A stretch of DNA of 64,000 nt from an uncultured Bacteroidales bacterium (lineage in GTDB: Bacteria > Bacteroidota > Bacteroidia > Bacteroidales > Bacteroidaceae). The notes beneath the pieces are model-generated. The model was not told the origin of the DNA. It was given only the letters and a program-made list of their open reading frames with translations, and made no database searches. The stretch is taken from NCBI GenBank assembly GCA_902802815.1, contig CADCNQ010000009.1, forward strand, positions 1,307-65,306, in the 5' to 3' direction. Position numbers and translations under genes: made by a program. Shown piece after piece: positions 33,001 to 43,855 of this stretch. Numbering within the stretch: position 1 is the stretch's first letter; each line of letters starts with the position of its first letter.

Positions 33001-36000
33001 CTATTTTTGGGTCCTTCTTCCTGCGGTATCGTAAACGACACCGTTCTTCACGATGACCACGCGGTCGCCGACAAGATACTTGCCGTCCTTCTGCAAGGCA
33101 GCGTTTTCAGACGCTTTCAGCGCAGAAATACCCGTGGTAGTATTGTACATATTGCCCATGACATAAGAGTCGGCACCGGCCTGCGCCCTGCTGCCGAATA
33201 TGGCATAGACATGACCTCCGGGCGTAACCCACGTGCCGTCTGTCTTATAGAAACCGATGCCGCGGTCTCCGTTGCGGAACTCATAAACGAACTTATTGGA
33301 ACCGGTCACCTCAACATGACAGTCGGAATAAAAGCCCTTGGCATAGGTGGACGACGGAGTGGCATTGACTGCGCGCGCCGTGGGAACGAATACCGGATTC
33401 TGCACCTTTGAAACAAAGACTACGGGACTGTTGGCTGCCACCACCTTGCCGGCAACGATGGGTGACACCTTGAGTGTGTCGCCGCCGTCCGAACCGTTGT
33501 TGTAACCCGTGACAGAGAATGCCGTGACACCCTCAGGAACAATGACGGGATAGCTGACATAGACGGCACCCCAGTATTTACCGTAACCGAGATCATCACC
33601 GGCATCTATGGTCTCCACCTTCAGTTTCTTCGACTCACGGAGATTGTAACCAAGATGGGGAGGCTGATTGTAGCAGCAGTTCTGGGCAATGAGTTGTGCC
33701 CTGTAGTCGAAATCGTCCATAAGATGAGGCACTATATAGTCGGTGGAGTAGTTGGTGGCATTCACCACAAGCTGATATCCTGTGGAGCCGCCTTCCACCC
33801 ATCCTACCATCTCCTCACGCCAGTCGCCGAATATGTCGCCAAGGAGGGCGGCATTGTTCTTCGTGCTGTTGTTGAGGTTGCCGTAGGTATAGTTGCTGCC
33901 GTTGACACAACCTGTGAGACGGGAGAAATTCCTTGATACCGGGTCCCATGTCTCCAGCACTCCCTTGCCCCAGAAATCATCACCCAGAGTGCCTGTCCAG
34001 TAGATACGGTCCTGTGCCGCAGCACCGCCGCCCCAGGTCTTGGACTCAATCACGACGTTGCCGTCCTTGTCGAAGATGCTGCCCCATGCAGAAGCCTGCC
34101 ACAGGGCGTCGTCGCGCTCCGGGTCGAAATTAGCCATAAAGCCGCGACCCGTGTCACCGTCCGCAGTCTTGTGGAGCAGGAGTTCACCCGTTGTTCCGTC
34201 ACGGTAGTCGGCACCATAAGGGCTTTTCTCGTGCACCATAAAGGTTTCAAGTCCCGGATGCGAAGGATCGAAATCACTGATATGCAAAGCATCGCCATGA
34301 CCCAGACCCGTACGATAGAGCGTGGTACCGTCGGCCTTCAGGGCACCCGAACCGTATGTTATCTCCTGCTTGCCGTCGAGGTTGACATCCGCACAGGAGA
34401 ACCAGTGACAGCCCTCTCCTGCCACTGTCGTGGTGAGAGTCTTCTTGGTGTTGTCTGCATAGCGCACTTCCCCGCTGGATGCACTGAAGGCACGATGAAG
34501 CCAGCGCAGGGTGAGATTGGTGCCGTCCCAGTCGTAGGCACCGATGAACGCACCGCTGTAATAGCCGCGCGCAAAGATAGCACTGGGATTCTTGCCGTCG
34601 CCGTCAAGCCATGCAATACCGGCCAGATAGCGCTCGGAACGGTTCTGATTATTATCACCCCAATAGGATGCTCCGTCCGCATAGTTGGTGTGATAGTTGA
34701 TAGTCTTGAGTTCGGCACCGGTGATTCCGTCGAAGACAGTAATCCACTCCTCGCCCTCCACCTGCTTGCCGCGTGAGTTGAGATAGTTGCCAGTGGGGTT
34801 CTTGTCCACACTGAGATAATTGCCCTCACCGTCGATGGCACCATGACCTGTCTTGATCATAAATTCACCGAATCCATCGCCGTCCAGGTCCCAAGCCACG
34901 AAGGAAGATGTGTGGGCAGAGGAGAACATGTTGGGACCGCCGGTGAGTATCCAAAGACGGGTGCCGTCCATCTTGTAGCACGCAAAATACTCCGGAGACG
35001 TGGTACCTGTGGATGCAGCATCCTTCTCGTTGGAGGGGCTCCACTTCAGGATGAACTCATACTCTCCGTCGCCGTCCATGTCGCAGATGGAGGCGTCGTT
35101 GGGCGTATAGGTGGCGCCGCGTCCCCATATATCGGTGGGAGCCCCGCCCTCAAGGTCGATATACGTCACCTGGGAAGACCATGCCTTGCAGGTGTCGTTT
35201 TCCACGATTTCATCGTACTCGTTATACACCTCCACGCGATAGTATGACGAACCGCTGCCGCCTGTATCAAGGAAGTTTGTCCTGCCCATGATGAAGTCGC
35301 CGCCATTGAGTCTTGATGTTATTGTCTTGGCACTGGTGCCTCTGTAGAGTTTGAACTTATAGTTTCTGTTGTCCGTCTTGCGCGAACGCCATGAGACGAG
35401 ATTACCGACACCGCCTCCTGCAGACAGGTTGGCTGCCATCAGACCGCGCTTCAGCGGCATGGGCATTCCCTTAGGTTTACGGTTGGTCACCGTGAAATTC
35501 AAACTGAAGGTGAATACACGGTCCTCCCCTTCCTTCACATCGACATTAAGCGTGTGGGATGCCTCGTCATAACTGACAGAAGCGGTATGCCCCGTCAGAG
35601 CGGACTGCAAAGCCACAGAGAATTCGGAAGGGTCGCCATACATTAACTTACTGAAACGTGCGCCCTCACCGCTCTTCAGCGCTCTCACCTCGGAATAGAG
35701 GTCAACCTGGGAAACACCGCCGCCAAGATTGCCCTGACAGGTCAGGGAAGAAATATAGTGGGAGGCATCGTATATCTCACCGTCCACCTCACCCTTGATG
35801 ACAACATTGCGCAGGGCAAAGGCCTTGTCTGCTGCAACGTTGAGCACATAGAACAAGGCCAGGAAGGGAGTCTCGCTGTTGTAATCGTTGATATAGTACT
35901 CGTAGTGACTGTAAGCTGTGGAATTGCCATCGCCTATCTTGTTGCGCAGGGGAGTCAGCGTGGCAACGGTCTTTTCCGTGCCGCCGCTCAGTTTGGTGCA

Positions 36001-36384
36001 CAGGATGACACTGCCATTGTCCGTACCGCACTTGGCTGCATCGAAGGACAGTTTGACGGGTTTGAACTTGTGCCCTGCAGCAGGCGTAACCTGAAAAGCC
36101 ACCACATGGCCCGCATTGCGCGAGTAAACCCTGGCTGAAGGGCGGTATGTGGTGAACACAGGATCGTAAACAACAGGTTCATAACCCGCATCAGCATTGC
36201 TCGACGACATCGTGCCGATATTTGTGAGATTCCCGCCCAGCGCATAGGCAGTAGTGAGCAGAGAAGCATCCGCACCGCTGACGACGGCATCGGCATCAGC
36301 CAATTTCCACACCACCTCCGTCATGTTGGCACTGGCGGAGAATGAAACCAGGAGTGTGAGGCAACACAGAACAAATTTTTTCAT
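33001..36384 (-). CDS. Rhamnogalacturonan lyase-like protein (PL11/YesW-type beta-propeller with FG-GAP-like calcium-binding repeats) with an N-terminal extra domain.
   Basis: The ORF track gives 33001..36432. The likelier start is at 36384 (MKKFVLCCLTLLVSFSASA, signal). This also removes the overlap with the upstream gene. Motifs DMDGDGEYEFILKWSPSNEKD, WDLDGDGFGEFMIKT, AWLDGDGKNPSAIF and ADVNLDGKQEITYGS are typical of PL11 propellers. The family call is from memory. Confidence 0.65.
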   Translation of the reverse strand: MKKFVLCCLTLLVSFSASANMTEVVWKLADADAVVSGADASLLTTAYALGGNLTNIGTMSSSNADAGYEPVVYDPVFTTYRPSARVYSRNAGHVVAFQVTPAAGHKFKPVKLSFDAAKCGTDNGSVILCTKLSGGTEKTVATLTPLRNKIGDGNSTAYSHYEYYINDYNSETPFLALFYVLNVAADKAFALRNVVIKGEVDGEIYDASHYISSLTCQGNLGGGVSQVDLYSEVRALKSGEGARFSKLMYGDPSEFSVALQSALTGHTASVSYDEASHTLNVDVKEGEDRVFTFSLNFTVTNRKPKGMPMPLKRGLMAANLSAGGGVGNLVSWRSRKTDNRNYKFKLYRGTSAKTITSRLNGGDFIMGRTNFLDTGGSGSSYYRVEVYNEYDEIVENDTCKAWSSQVTYIDLEGGAPTDIWGRGATYTPNDASICDMDGDGEYEFILKWSPSNEKDAASTGTTSPEYFACYKMDGTRLWILTGGPNMFSSAHTSSFVAWDLDGDGFGEFMIKTGHGAIDGEGNYLSVDKNPTGNYLNSRGKQVEGEEWITVFDGITGAELKTINYHTNYADGASYWGDNNQNRSERYLAGIAWLDGDGKNPSAIFARGYYSGAFIGAYDWDGTNLTLRWLHRAFSASSGEVRYADNTKKTLTTTVAGEGCHWFSCADVNLDGKQEITYGSGALKADGTTLYRTGLGHGDALHISDFDPSHPGLETFMVHEKSPYGADYRDGTTGELLLHKTADGDTGRGFMANFDPERDDALWQASAWGSIFDKDGNVVIESKTWGGGAAAQDRIYWTGTLGDDFWGKGVLETWDPVSRNFSRLTGCVNGSNYTYGNLNNSTKNNAALLGDIFGDWREEMVGWVEGGSTGYQLVVNATNYSTDYIVPHLMDDFDYRAQLIAQNCCYNQPPHLGYNLRESKKLKVETIDAGDDLGYGKYWGAVYVSYPVIVPEGVTAFSVTGYNNGSDGGDTLKVSPIVAGKVVAANSPVVFVSKVQNPVFVPTARAVNATPSSTYAKGFYSDCHVEVTGSNKFVYEFRNGDRGIGFYKTDGTWVTPGGHVYAIFGSRAQAGADSYVMGNMYNTTTGISALKASENAALQKDGKYLVGDRVVIVKNGVVYDTAGRRTQK

Positions 36385-36401
36385 GGTATATATGTGTAAT
36401 C

Positions 36402-37409
36402 TTATTCTTTCTTCTTCAGGGAATCGCGCCACAGGAAATAGGTGGCGACAAGTGTGCCGGAGATACTATGATAGGCACACGACACAGCACAGGGCACCAC
36501 GGCAAGGGCTGCCATCGGATTAAGCGCTATGACTGCTGGATTGGCAAAGAAATTGCGGGAAAGCACAGTGGCCATACCGGCATTCTGCATACCCACCTCA
36601 ATGGACAGGGTACGTTTCTTGGACGTAGGGAAGCGATAGAGACAGGCTACGCCATAGCCCAGAAGATAACCGGAGAAATTATGGCACGTGACAACAGCCA
36701 GCGTGAGGGCAATAAGGCGCCAGCCCTGCTCCATAAGCTGGGGACGCACGGTGAAGATGACACCGCCCACGATGCACGCCAGGCACAGGACGCTCCACAC
36801 GGGGAGCATGGGACGGAGAATTTCCGTATTCCAGCGCTTGAGACTCTCCGTGCGGGAAAGCAGGAAATTGACCAACACACCCAGCGACACGGGAAGAAGC
36901 GTGACATAAAGGATGTTGAGGAACATGCCCATGGCATCCACATTTATCTCAGCACCGGCCAGTCTGAGCACCAACAACGGTGTGACAAAGGGAGAGAGCA
37001 GCGTAGAGGCCGTGGTCATACCCACGGAATATGCCACGTCGCCGCGACACAGGAAACTCATGATATTGCTCGACACACCGCCCGGGCAGCAACCCACAAG
37101 AATAAGTCCGACGGACATGAAGGGGTCGAGATGGAACATACGCGAGAGCGACCACGCCAAAAGGGGCATGATAGTGTATTGCGCCACGGCACCGATGAAG
37201 ATATCCATCGGGCGCGAGAACATGATACGGAAATCTTCGAGAGAAAGTGTCAGACCCATCGTGAGCATGATGAGACCGAGAATGACAGAGGCACGCTGTC
37301 CCTGCTGCACCCAACCGAAGAGGTCGGGGAAGAAATAGGCCACCACAGCCGTGAGAATGATGAAAAGGCTGGTGTAGCTGGTGAATATGGAAGATATTTT
37401 CTTAAGCAT
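36402..37409 (-). CDS. Bile acid:sodium symporter (BASS/SBF) family transporter.
   Basis: 335-aa polytopic ORF with the family motif LILVGCCPGGVSSNIMSFLCRGDVAYSVGMT. Confidence 0.85.
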   Translation of the reverse strand: MLKKISSIFTSYTSLFIILTAVVAYFFPDLFGWVQQGQRASVILGLIMLTMGLTLSLEDFRIMFSRPMDIFIGAVAQYTIMPLLAWSLSRMFHLDPFMSVGLILVGCCPGGVSSNIMSFLCRGDVAYSVGMTTASTLLSPFVTPLLVLRLAGAEINVDAMGMFLNILYVTLLPVSLGVLVNFLLSRTESLKRWNTEILRPMLPVWSVLCLACIVGGVIFTVRPQLMEQGWRLIALTLAVVTCHNFSGYLLGYGVACLYRFPTSKKRTLSIEVGMQNAGMATVLSRNFFANPAVIALNPMAALAVVPCAVSCAYHSISGTLVATYFLWRDSLKKKE

Positions 37410-38458
37410 TACAATAATGACTGATATAATTCATACATCTGACGTGTGAGCGTATCGGGATCGAAATGCTCACGGCAATAGGCAGCACCGTCGCGTGCCA
37501 GGCGTTCACGCAGAGCGGCATCGTCCACCAGCTGCTGCAGTTGGAAAGCCATCTCATCGGTGTTGGTGGGATTGCATAGCAATGCACCGGGACCTGCGGC
37601 CTCGGGCAGGGAACTGACCGTGGAGGTGAGCACCGGACATCCGGAAAGAAGGGCCTCCACCACAGGAAGTCCGAAACCCTCGTAGAAAGAAGGATAGAGC
37701 ATCGCCACAGCTCCCCGATAGATGGCATGCAACTGGTCTGTGGTGTTGATACTGCCAAGGAACTCCACATCGCGCTCAAGGCCGTGGTTTTTCACATATT
37801 GGCGACACTTCTGCTCGTAGTCCCTGCCACGTCCCACAACGAGCAGGCGGGGACGGTTTTCAGGCTTCAGACGGGCATAGGCCCTGAGTGTGCCCATGAG
37901 GTTCTTGCGGGAATTGATGCTGCCCACAGAAAGCAGATAAGGTGCGTCGCCCACACCCGACACCTTGGCAACGGACGGTTCCTCGTAGAACATACGCTGC
38001 ACGGGCTGGTATATCACCTTGACGCGGCTCTCGTCCACTCCGTAGAAGTTGATTATGTCGCGCTTGGTGGACTCGGAGATAGCCACCACGCAGTCGGCAT
38101 AGCGGGCCGCGTGACCGTATTTGAAGTCGTATATCTTGCGGTCCACACAATGGTACATATCCGGGAAGGTGCGCCACGCCGTGTCGTGAATCGTCACTAC
38201 GGTGCGGGGCCTGTGCATATCACCAGCACCCCGCAGGAGGTCGAAAGGAAGTTCGTTGCTGAGTCCGTGGAACAGCTGGCAACCGTCTTCACAGGCCTTG
38301 CGTCCCAGACGGAACGTGCGCGAGAACGATTTCTCGTCGTAGAGCCTGATGTCGAGTTCGGGATAGAGCCGCTTCAGGTCCTTCACCAGCGTGCGGCTGT
38401 AGTTGCCCAGCCCCGTGTGGTTGTGATAATATCTTTTTGCGTCAAATCCTATTCGCAT
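37409..38458 (-). CDS. Glycosyltransferase family 4 (GT-B, 'glycosyl transferases group 1').
   Basis: The ORF track gives 37409..38503. The likelier start is at 38458 (MRIGFDAKRY...). The C-terminal GT1/GT4 signature is LYPSFYEGFGLPVVEALLSGCPVLTS. Confidence 0.8.
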   Translation of the reverse strand: MRIGFDAKRYYHNHTGLGNYSRTLVKDLKRLYPELDIRLYDEKSFSRTFRLGRKACEDGCQLFHGLSNELPFDLLRGAGDMHRPRTVVTIHDTAWRTFPDMYHCVDRKIYDFKYGHAARYADCVVAISESTKRDIINFYGVDESRVKVIYQPVQRMFYEEPSVAKVSGVGDAPYLLSVGSINSRKNLMGTLRAYARLKPENRPRLLVVGRGRDYEQKCRQYVKNHGLERDVEFLGSINTTDQLHAIYRGAVAMLYPSFYEGFGLPVVEALLSGCPVLTSTVSSLPEAAGPGALLCNPTNTDEMAFQLQQLVDDAALRERLARDGAAYCREHFDPDTLTRQMYELYQSLL

Positions 38459-39447
38459 ATTCTGTTCACTATTTCCTCTACAGGTATGTCCATGCAGCGG
38501 CAATCACCGAACTTGCACGGTTTGGCTCCGTATATGCTGCACGGACGGCAATCGAGCTGACGCTGCACACAGCAGCTTTCGTCGCGTCCCCACGGCAGGA
38601 AACCGCCCTTGGGATGTGTGGCGCCCCATACGGACAAGAGTCGCGTTGGAGTGAGTGCGGCCAGATGCATATTGCTCGAATCCATCGCCAGAACGACATC
38701 GAGCGAAGCCATCAGTTCCATCTCTGCCGCCATATCAGGCAATGTGCCCACAACGCTCTCCACATTCTCATAGTGCGAAGCCCATGCGCGGGTGACAGCC
38801 TCTTCCCCTCCTCCGGCTCCGAAGAGATAGACCCTGACACCGCGCTGGCTCAGGAGACTCACCACCTGTTCCATCCTGTCGAGGGGATATATCTTAGTGG
38901 CATGCGCCGCAAAAGGGGCGATGCCGACACGCAGTCTTTCTTTACTCTCCGTCCTTTCCGTCTTCTGACACAGACGCATGGAGAAATCGAGTTTCACGGG
39001 GAAACCTGCACTCTCCAGGGCCTTGGCATAGCGCTCGAAGGATGTCTCCTGCTGAGTGAGCGGGCGCTGCCTTACGAATGCCTTGCGCGCCTTGCGGTCC
39101 TTAACGATATGGAATGTGGGAACACCCCGCAAGCGGAACATCGGGCGCATGATTTTCGTGCGAAGCACATCGTGCAGGTCGCACACATGCGTAGGATGCG
39201 TCTTCTCACAAAGTTCCCTGACAAGGCGCGAAAGACCCAGCACACCCTGATAGTTGTCCAACCTCACACCGATGAAGTTCACATTCGAGGGCAAGCGACG
39301 GAATATGCTGCCCACAAACGCACGAGAGACCACAGTGACTGTAGTCTCGGGATATTGCCGGGCGAGCGCATCCACGACGGGTACTGTCATGAGGATGTCG
39401 CCCAGCGCACTGAAGCGCAAAAGAAGGAGATGGTTATTTCTGGCCAT
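38449..39447 (-). CDS. Glycosyltransferase family 9 (heptosyltransferase-like).
   Basis: 332-aa ORF. The N-terminus LLLLRFSALGDILMTVPVVDAL is the typical GT9 start, and the rest is a GT-B-like layout. Confidence 0.8.
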   Translation of the reverse strand: MARNNHLLLLRFSALGDILMTVPVVDALARQYPETTVTVVSRAFVGSIFRRLPSNVNFIGVRLDNYQGVLGLSRLVRELCEKTHPTHVCDLHDVLRTKIMRPMFRLRGVPTFHIVKDRKARKAFVRQRPLTQQETSFERYAKALESAGFPVKLDFSMRLCQKTERTESKERLRVGIAPFAAHATKIYPLDRMEQVVSLLSQRGVRVYLFGAGGGEEAVTRAWASHYENVESVVGTLPDMAAEMELMASLDVVLAMDSSNMHLAALTPTRLLSVWGATHPKGGFLPWGRDESCCVQRQLDCRPCSIYGAKPCKFGDCRCMDIPVEEIVNRICE

Positions 39448-40066
39448 AGAGCACGGGGTTCGTGCTGGGGTCGTTATACATCTTCATCTGTCTGTAAACC
39501 TTCATGTACTTACGTCCCTCACGGATATCGTTGAGCAACTGGTCGATGGCAGTGGAGAGATCCACCTGCTGCTGGAGCAGGATATCGAGCTTTCCCTGAC
39601 AGAGTGTACGATGTTCGGGGGTGGCATCTTTTCTTACCACCTGTTCGTTCATGTGGTAAATCTTGAGTGCAAGGATTGAAAGGCGATCCACTGCCCATGC
39701 GGGCGACTCGGTGTTGATGGTGGCGTCGGGGAGCACCTGCACATCTGCATAGAGTGCGCGGAAATAAGAGTCGATAGCCTCCACCAGGTCGGTGCGCTCC
39801 TGATTGCTGGCATCAATGCGACGCTTGAGGGCAAGAGCCTCCACAGGGTCGATATGGGGATCGCGAATGATATCCTCCAGATGCCACTGCACTGTGTCTA
39901 TCCAGTTCTTGAGATAAAGGTCGTGCTCTATGGAACCCTCTTCGTAGGGATTCTGTATGGGCGCGTCCACATCGTCGGTGACATGGTAATCTTCGATGGA
40001 GCGAAGAAAGATGTCGTTGGCAAGTGTTGTAAACATAGTGTAAAAAAAAGAACGGTCGGCAGCCAC
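39434..40066 (-). CDS. DUF4254-like protein (often encoded next to GT9 genes in Bacteroidetes).
   Basis: 210-aa ORF whose 3' end overlaps the start of the downstream GT9 gene by 14 nt. The family call is a recollection of the conserved DUF4254-GT9 neighbourhood. The start may instead be the Met at 40036. Confidence 0.55.
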   Translation of the reverse strand: MAADRSFFYTMFTTLANDIFLRSIEDYHVTDDVDAPIQNPYEEGSIEHDLYLKNWIDTVQWHLEDIIRDPHIDPVEALALKRRIDASNQERTDLVEAIDSYFRALYADVQVLPDATINTESPAWAVDRLSILALKIYHMNEQVVRKDATPEHRTLCQGKLDILLQQQVDLSTAIDQLLNDIREGRKYMKVYRQMKMYNDPSTNPVLYGQK

Positions 40067-40098
40067 TTTTGGCCACCAACCGTTCCGGATTATTATTT

Positions 40099-41712
40099 TT
40101 AAAGCTTTGGACCAGCAGCAACGAGAGCCTTACCAGCCTCGTTACCCTCGTACTTCTTGAAGTTCTTGATGAAGCGGCCAGCGAGATCCTTAGCCTTCTC
40201 CTCCCACTCGCATGCGCAACCGTAGGTGTCGCGAGGATCGAGGATGGCGGGATTTACGTTGGGCAGAGATGTGGGAACCTCGAAGTCGAAGAAAGGAATC
40301 TTCTTTGTAGGAGCCTTCAGGATGCTGCCGTCGAGAATAGCGTCGATGATACCGCGTGTATCGGGAATAGAGATACGCTTGCCAGTGCCGTTCCAACCGG
40401 TGTTAACCAGATAAGCCTTGGCACCGCTCTTCTCCATCTTCTTCACGAGTTCCTCAGCATACTTTGTGGGGTGCAGCTCGAGGAATGCCTGACCGAAGCA
40501 AGCAGAGAAGGTGGGAGTGGGCTCTGTGATGCCGCGCTCTGTACCAGCCAGCTTAGCTGTGAAACCGGAGAGGAAGTAGTACTTCGTCTGCTCAGGAGTC
40601 AGGATAGAGACGGGAGGCAGCACACCGAATGCGTCAGCAGAGAGGAAGATAACGTTCTTGGCGTCGGGACCTGCACTCTTGCCGTTCACCTTCTGGGCAA
40701 TCTTCTCGATGTGGTCGATAGGATAGCTTACGCGGGTGTTCTCGGTAACACTCTTGTCAGCGAAGTCGATCTTGCCGTCAGCAGCAACTGTTACGTTCTC
40801 CAGAAGAGCGTTGCGCTTGATAGCACCGTAGATGTCGGGCTCGTTCTCCTTGCTCAGGTTGATAACCTTTGCATAGCAACCGCCCTCGAGGTTGAACACG
40901 CCCTCGTCGTCCCATCCGTGCTCGTCGTCACCAATCAGGAGACGCTTCGGGTCGGTAGACAGAGTGGTCTTACCTGTACCGGAGAGACCGAAGAAGATAG
41001 CGGTGTTCTTACCCTCCATGTCGGTGTTGGCAGAGCAGTGCATGGAAGCGATGCCCTGAAGAGGCAGGTAGTAGTTCTGCATAGAGAACATACCCTTCTT
41101 CATCTCGCCACCGTACCAGGTGTTGATGATAACCTGCTCGCGGCTGGTGGTATTGAAAGCAACACAGGTCTCTGAGTTCAGACCCAGCTCCTTGTAGTTT
41201 TCAACCTTTGCCTTGGAAGCGTTGTAGATAACGAAGTTAGGCTCAAACTTCTCGAGCTCCTCTGCTGTGGGCTGGATGAACATGTTCTTCACAAAGTGAG
41301 CCTGCCATGCAACCTCCACGATGAAGCGGACAGCAAGACGGGTAGCCTCGTTGGCACCGCAGAATGCGTCAACAACGTACAGCTCCTTGTTGCAGAGCTC
41401 CTTGACAGCGATTTCCTTCACCTTTGCCCATACGTCCTCAGACATGGGGTGGTTGTCGTTCTTATACTCCTCGGTGGTCCACCATACCTTGTCCTCGCTC
41501 TGTGCATCCTTCACGATGTACTTGTCCTTAGGAGAACGGCCGGTGTAGATACCGGTCATAACGTTTACTGCGTCCAGTTCTGTGTTCTGACCCTTGTCGA
41601 AACCTGTCAGGCCAGCCTTTGTCTCCTCTGCGAAGAGAGTCTCATACGATGGATTGTGAGCAATCACGGTAGAACCTGTGATGCCATACTTGGTCAAATC
41701 CAATTTTGCCAT
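40099..41712 (-). CDS. pckA: Phosphoenolpyruvate carboxykinase (ATP).
   Basis: 537-aa ORF with kinase-1a motif [13 protein letters not shown]. It also has IGDDEHGW and [12 protein letters not shown], and its length is typical of ATP-dependent PckA. Confidence 0.95.
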   Translation of the reverse strand: MAKLDLTKYGITGSTVIAHNPSYETLFAEETKAGLTGFDKGQNTELDAVNVMTGIYTGRSPKDKYIVKDAQSEDKVWWTTEEYKNDNHPMSEDVWAKVKEIAVKELCNKELYVVDAFCGANEATRLAVRFIVEVAWQAHFVKNMFIQPTAEELEKFEPNFVIYNASKAKVENYKELGLNSETCVAFNTTSREQVIINTWYGGEMKKGMFSMQNYYLPLQGIASMHCSANTDMEGKNTAIFFGLSGTGKTTLSTDPKRLLIGDDEHGWDDEGVFNLEGGCYAKVINLSKENEPDIYGAIKRNALLENVTVAADGKIDFADKSVTENTRVSYPIDHIEKIAQKVNGKSAGPDAKNVIFLSADAFGVLPPVSILTPEQTKYYFLSGFTAKLAGTERGITEPTPTFSACFGQAFLELHPTKYAEELVKKMEKSGAKAYLVNTGWNGTGKRISIPDTRGIIDAILDGSILKAPTKKIPFFDFEVPTSLPNVNPAILDPRDTYGCACEWEEKAKDLAGRFIKNFKKYEGNEAGKALVAAGPKL

Positions 41713-41756
41713 ATTCTTATAAACTTTTTATAGGGTTAAAATATTTATTGCGTGCA

Positions 41757-41764
41757 CAAAATTA
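41757..41764 (-). promoter_or_regulatory. Candidate -7 promoter box (TAATTTTG) for pckA.
   Basis: The minus-strand sequence TAATTTTG matches TAnnTTTG about 45 nt upstream of the pckA ATG. Confidence 0.4.
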
Positions 41765-41872
41765 GAGAAAAGTTATGAAATAACTACCCTCTTGGGCAAT
41801 TATTTATAAACTTTTCACACTTTTTGTGACAGAATGTGCCGGTTTCCGACTTGCGAGACAGCAGAATGAGCA

Positions 41873-43855
41873 CTATTTCTTCTTATTTTGCTTCTGTCGC
41901 TCGCGCTCTGCATTACGGCCGAGAACGAACTTTACTTTGTCAGCTTTCTGTTTGACAAGTTCCTTCGGTTTTTGCTGCAACAGAGGAATACCTCTGGGTT
42001 CCCAGTCCTGTTCGATATCCCACATGGCTCTCACCTTCAGCGGCTGGGGGAAATAGAACACCTGTTCGGGCTGACGGCATGCATCGTAGTCGCCAGTGTC
42101 CCACAGATTGTTACCGTTTACGTCAAGGAAGGCCCGCACGTAGTAGTTACCCGGAGTCAGGTAGAAGAAATCGGCATCTCCCTTCTCGTCGGAACGCGCG
42201 GTATAAATCACTTTGTCGTCCTTGTTGATGAGTTGCACGACAAAACCCGTATCGGGATCCTTGAGATGCATGAAGAGCGTGCCATACTCGTCGAGGCTGC
42301 GCACTCTCATTTCCGCAGAGGAGGGGCATGTGCGGTGTCCGAATATGCTGCGGCCGGCCAACGTATCTATGCTTACCTTGTATTCCTCTTTGGGCAGCCA
42401 TTCAGCAAAAAGTGTCCAGGCCATCGGGGTGTAGGGGTCAACCTGAAGAACGTACGGTTCGTCCTGCCAGATGCTGTCCTTCTGATTGAAGCGCTGGAAA
42501 CGGACGGCCTCCTCATTGAATTCGGCGAGGGGTTCGTCAATAGTGATGCGCACATTGCGGTTGGGGTCGAGAGAATGGGACGGTGTGATATTGAACTTCA
42601 GTTGCACAACATCCGGACGGGTGCGGGCGGATTCACGCAGTTTGCCTTGCTTCACACGCTTCTCCTGACGCTTTTCCCACTCTTCAATCTTGCGCTGCAT
42701 CTGTTTCTGCTTCTTGCTCCACGTGTTTTTGGGAATCAGTTCGAGAGTATCCGTTCTGGGAGAGAATCCTCCGAGTGTGTCGCTCTCCATGAATGTCAAC
42801 TCAATGCGCGCGGTATCCTGATGATGCACATAGGCTGTATCCGTGAACCAGTAGGTAATGGTATCGTTAGTGGGAACGGTGAGGACCACCAGCTTGCTTT
42901 CATCAAAATTCAGGCCACGCACTGTGGGCAGCGAATCGAGCGGTGCCGTGAAATAGAGTTTGAACCAGTCAGGCTCCGGTCTCTCGCTCTTGAGGAAATG
43001 GCGCTCCTGTCCGCTCTCCAGGAAAGTGCGCAGTATGATGTCGGAGGGGCCGTATTTAGGACGCGGCATGTAGAATATCGTATCTATATGCAGTGAATCG
43101 CGCCATATGGTGTCAGAATGGTTTTCGTAGTAAACGCTCGGCACAATTACAGTGGTGTCGAATGCTATCTCCTCCGACTTCTGGGAGAAGCGGAAGTTCC
43201 CGTCTCCGTCCTTCAGCGCAAAACAGCGGTAGCGACCGGGCTTCACGCCCTTGATGGTGAAGCGTCCGCTGCCGTTGGTGCGCCCCAGACGCAGGAGCGG
43301 AGTGGTGCGGAAGAGGCTGTCGTGCCAAGTGCTGTCGCAGGGAATCAGGCCCACGAGAGTGCCCTTCACCGGTTCCAGATTGGATGCCGCAACGACATTG
43401 CCTGACACCTCCATCGTGTCGATGACATCGCCCGTGGAGAACGAGAAGGTGTAGTTGCCCATCGGGTTGCCCTCGTTGTTGTCCTCAACGGCATCGGAGA
43501 AATCTATCGTGTAGGTGGTGTTGGCCTTCAGAGAGTCGTAGAGATCCACTCTTATCTGCTTTCCGTCGGCACGCACATTGGCCGGTTCGAGCTGAGCAGG
43601 TGATATAATCACTTTCTCCGAAGCGTTGTCCAGTTTGATATATTCGTTGAAATTGATACGTATTTTCTTCGTAGTCACTCCCGTGGCCCTGTCGTCCGGA
43701 TTGCTCTTCACCACGTAGGGAGGTTCCTCGTCGTAGCGTCCTCCGTCGGGAGTGCCGATAGTGGCACACGCTGCCAGGAGAAATGCCAGTACACCCATCA
43801 TCCCCTCTCTGATGGGGAGACGACGCCGTCCTTTATTATGGTTCAGCTTAATCAT
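41873..43855 (-). CDS. Ig-like (Big_5/SbsA-type) domain-containing lipoprotein.
   Basis: 660-aa ORF. It has a lipoprotein-like signal (LAFLLAACATIG). The Big_5-like N-terminal domain is VVKSNPDDRATGVTTKKIRINFNEYIKL...YTIDFSDAVEDNNEGNPM. The product ends in a basic tail. Confidence 0.7.
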   Translation of the reverse strand: MIKLNHNKGRRRLPIREGMMGVLAFLLAACATIGTPDGGRYDEEPPYVVKSNPDDRATGVTTKKIRINFNEYIKLDNASEKVIISPAQLEPANVRADGKQIRVDLYDSLKANTTYTIDFSDAVEDNNEGNPMGNYTFSFSTGDVIDTMEVSGNVVAASNLEPVKGTLVGLIPCDSTWHDSLFRTTPLLRLGRTNGSGRFTIKGVKPGRYRCFALKDGDGNFRFSQKSEEIAFDTTVIVPSVYYENHSDTIWRDSLHIDTIFYMPRPKYGPSDIILRTFLESGQERHFLKSERPEPDWFKLYFTAPLDSLPTVRGLNFDESKLVVLTVPTNDTITYWFTDTAYVHHQDTARIELTFMESDTLGGFSPRTDTLELIPKNTWSKKQKQMQRKIEEWEKRQEKRVKQGKLRESARTRPDVVQLKFNITPSHSLDPNRNVRITIDEPLAEFNEEAVRFQRFNQKDSIWQDEPYVLQVDPYTPMAWTLFAEWLPKEEYKVSIDTLAGRSIFGHRTCPSSAEMRVRSLDEYGTLFMHLKDPDTGFVVQLINKDDKVIYTARSDEKGDADFFYLTPGNYYVRAFLDVNGNNLWDTGDYDACRQPEQVFYFPQPLKVRAMWDIEQDWEPRGIPLLQQKPKELVKQKADKVKFVLGRNAERERQKQNKKK

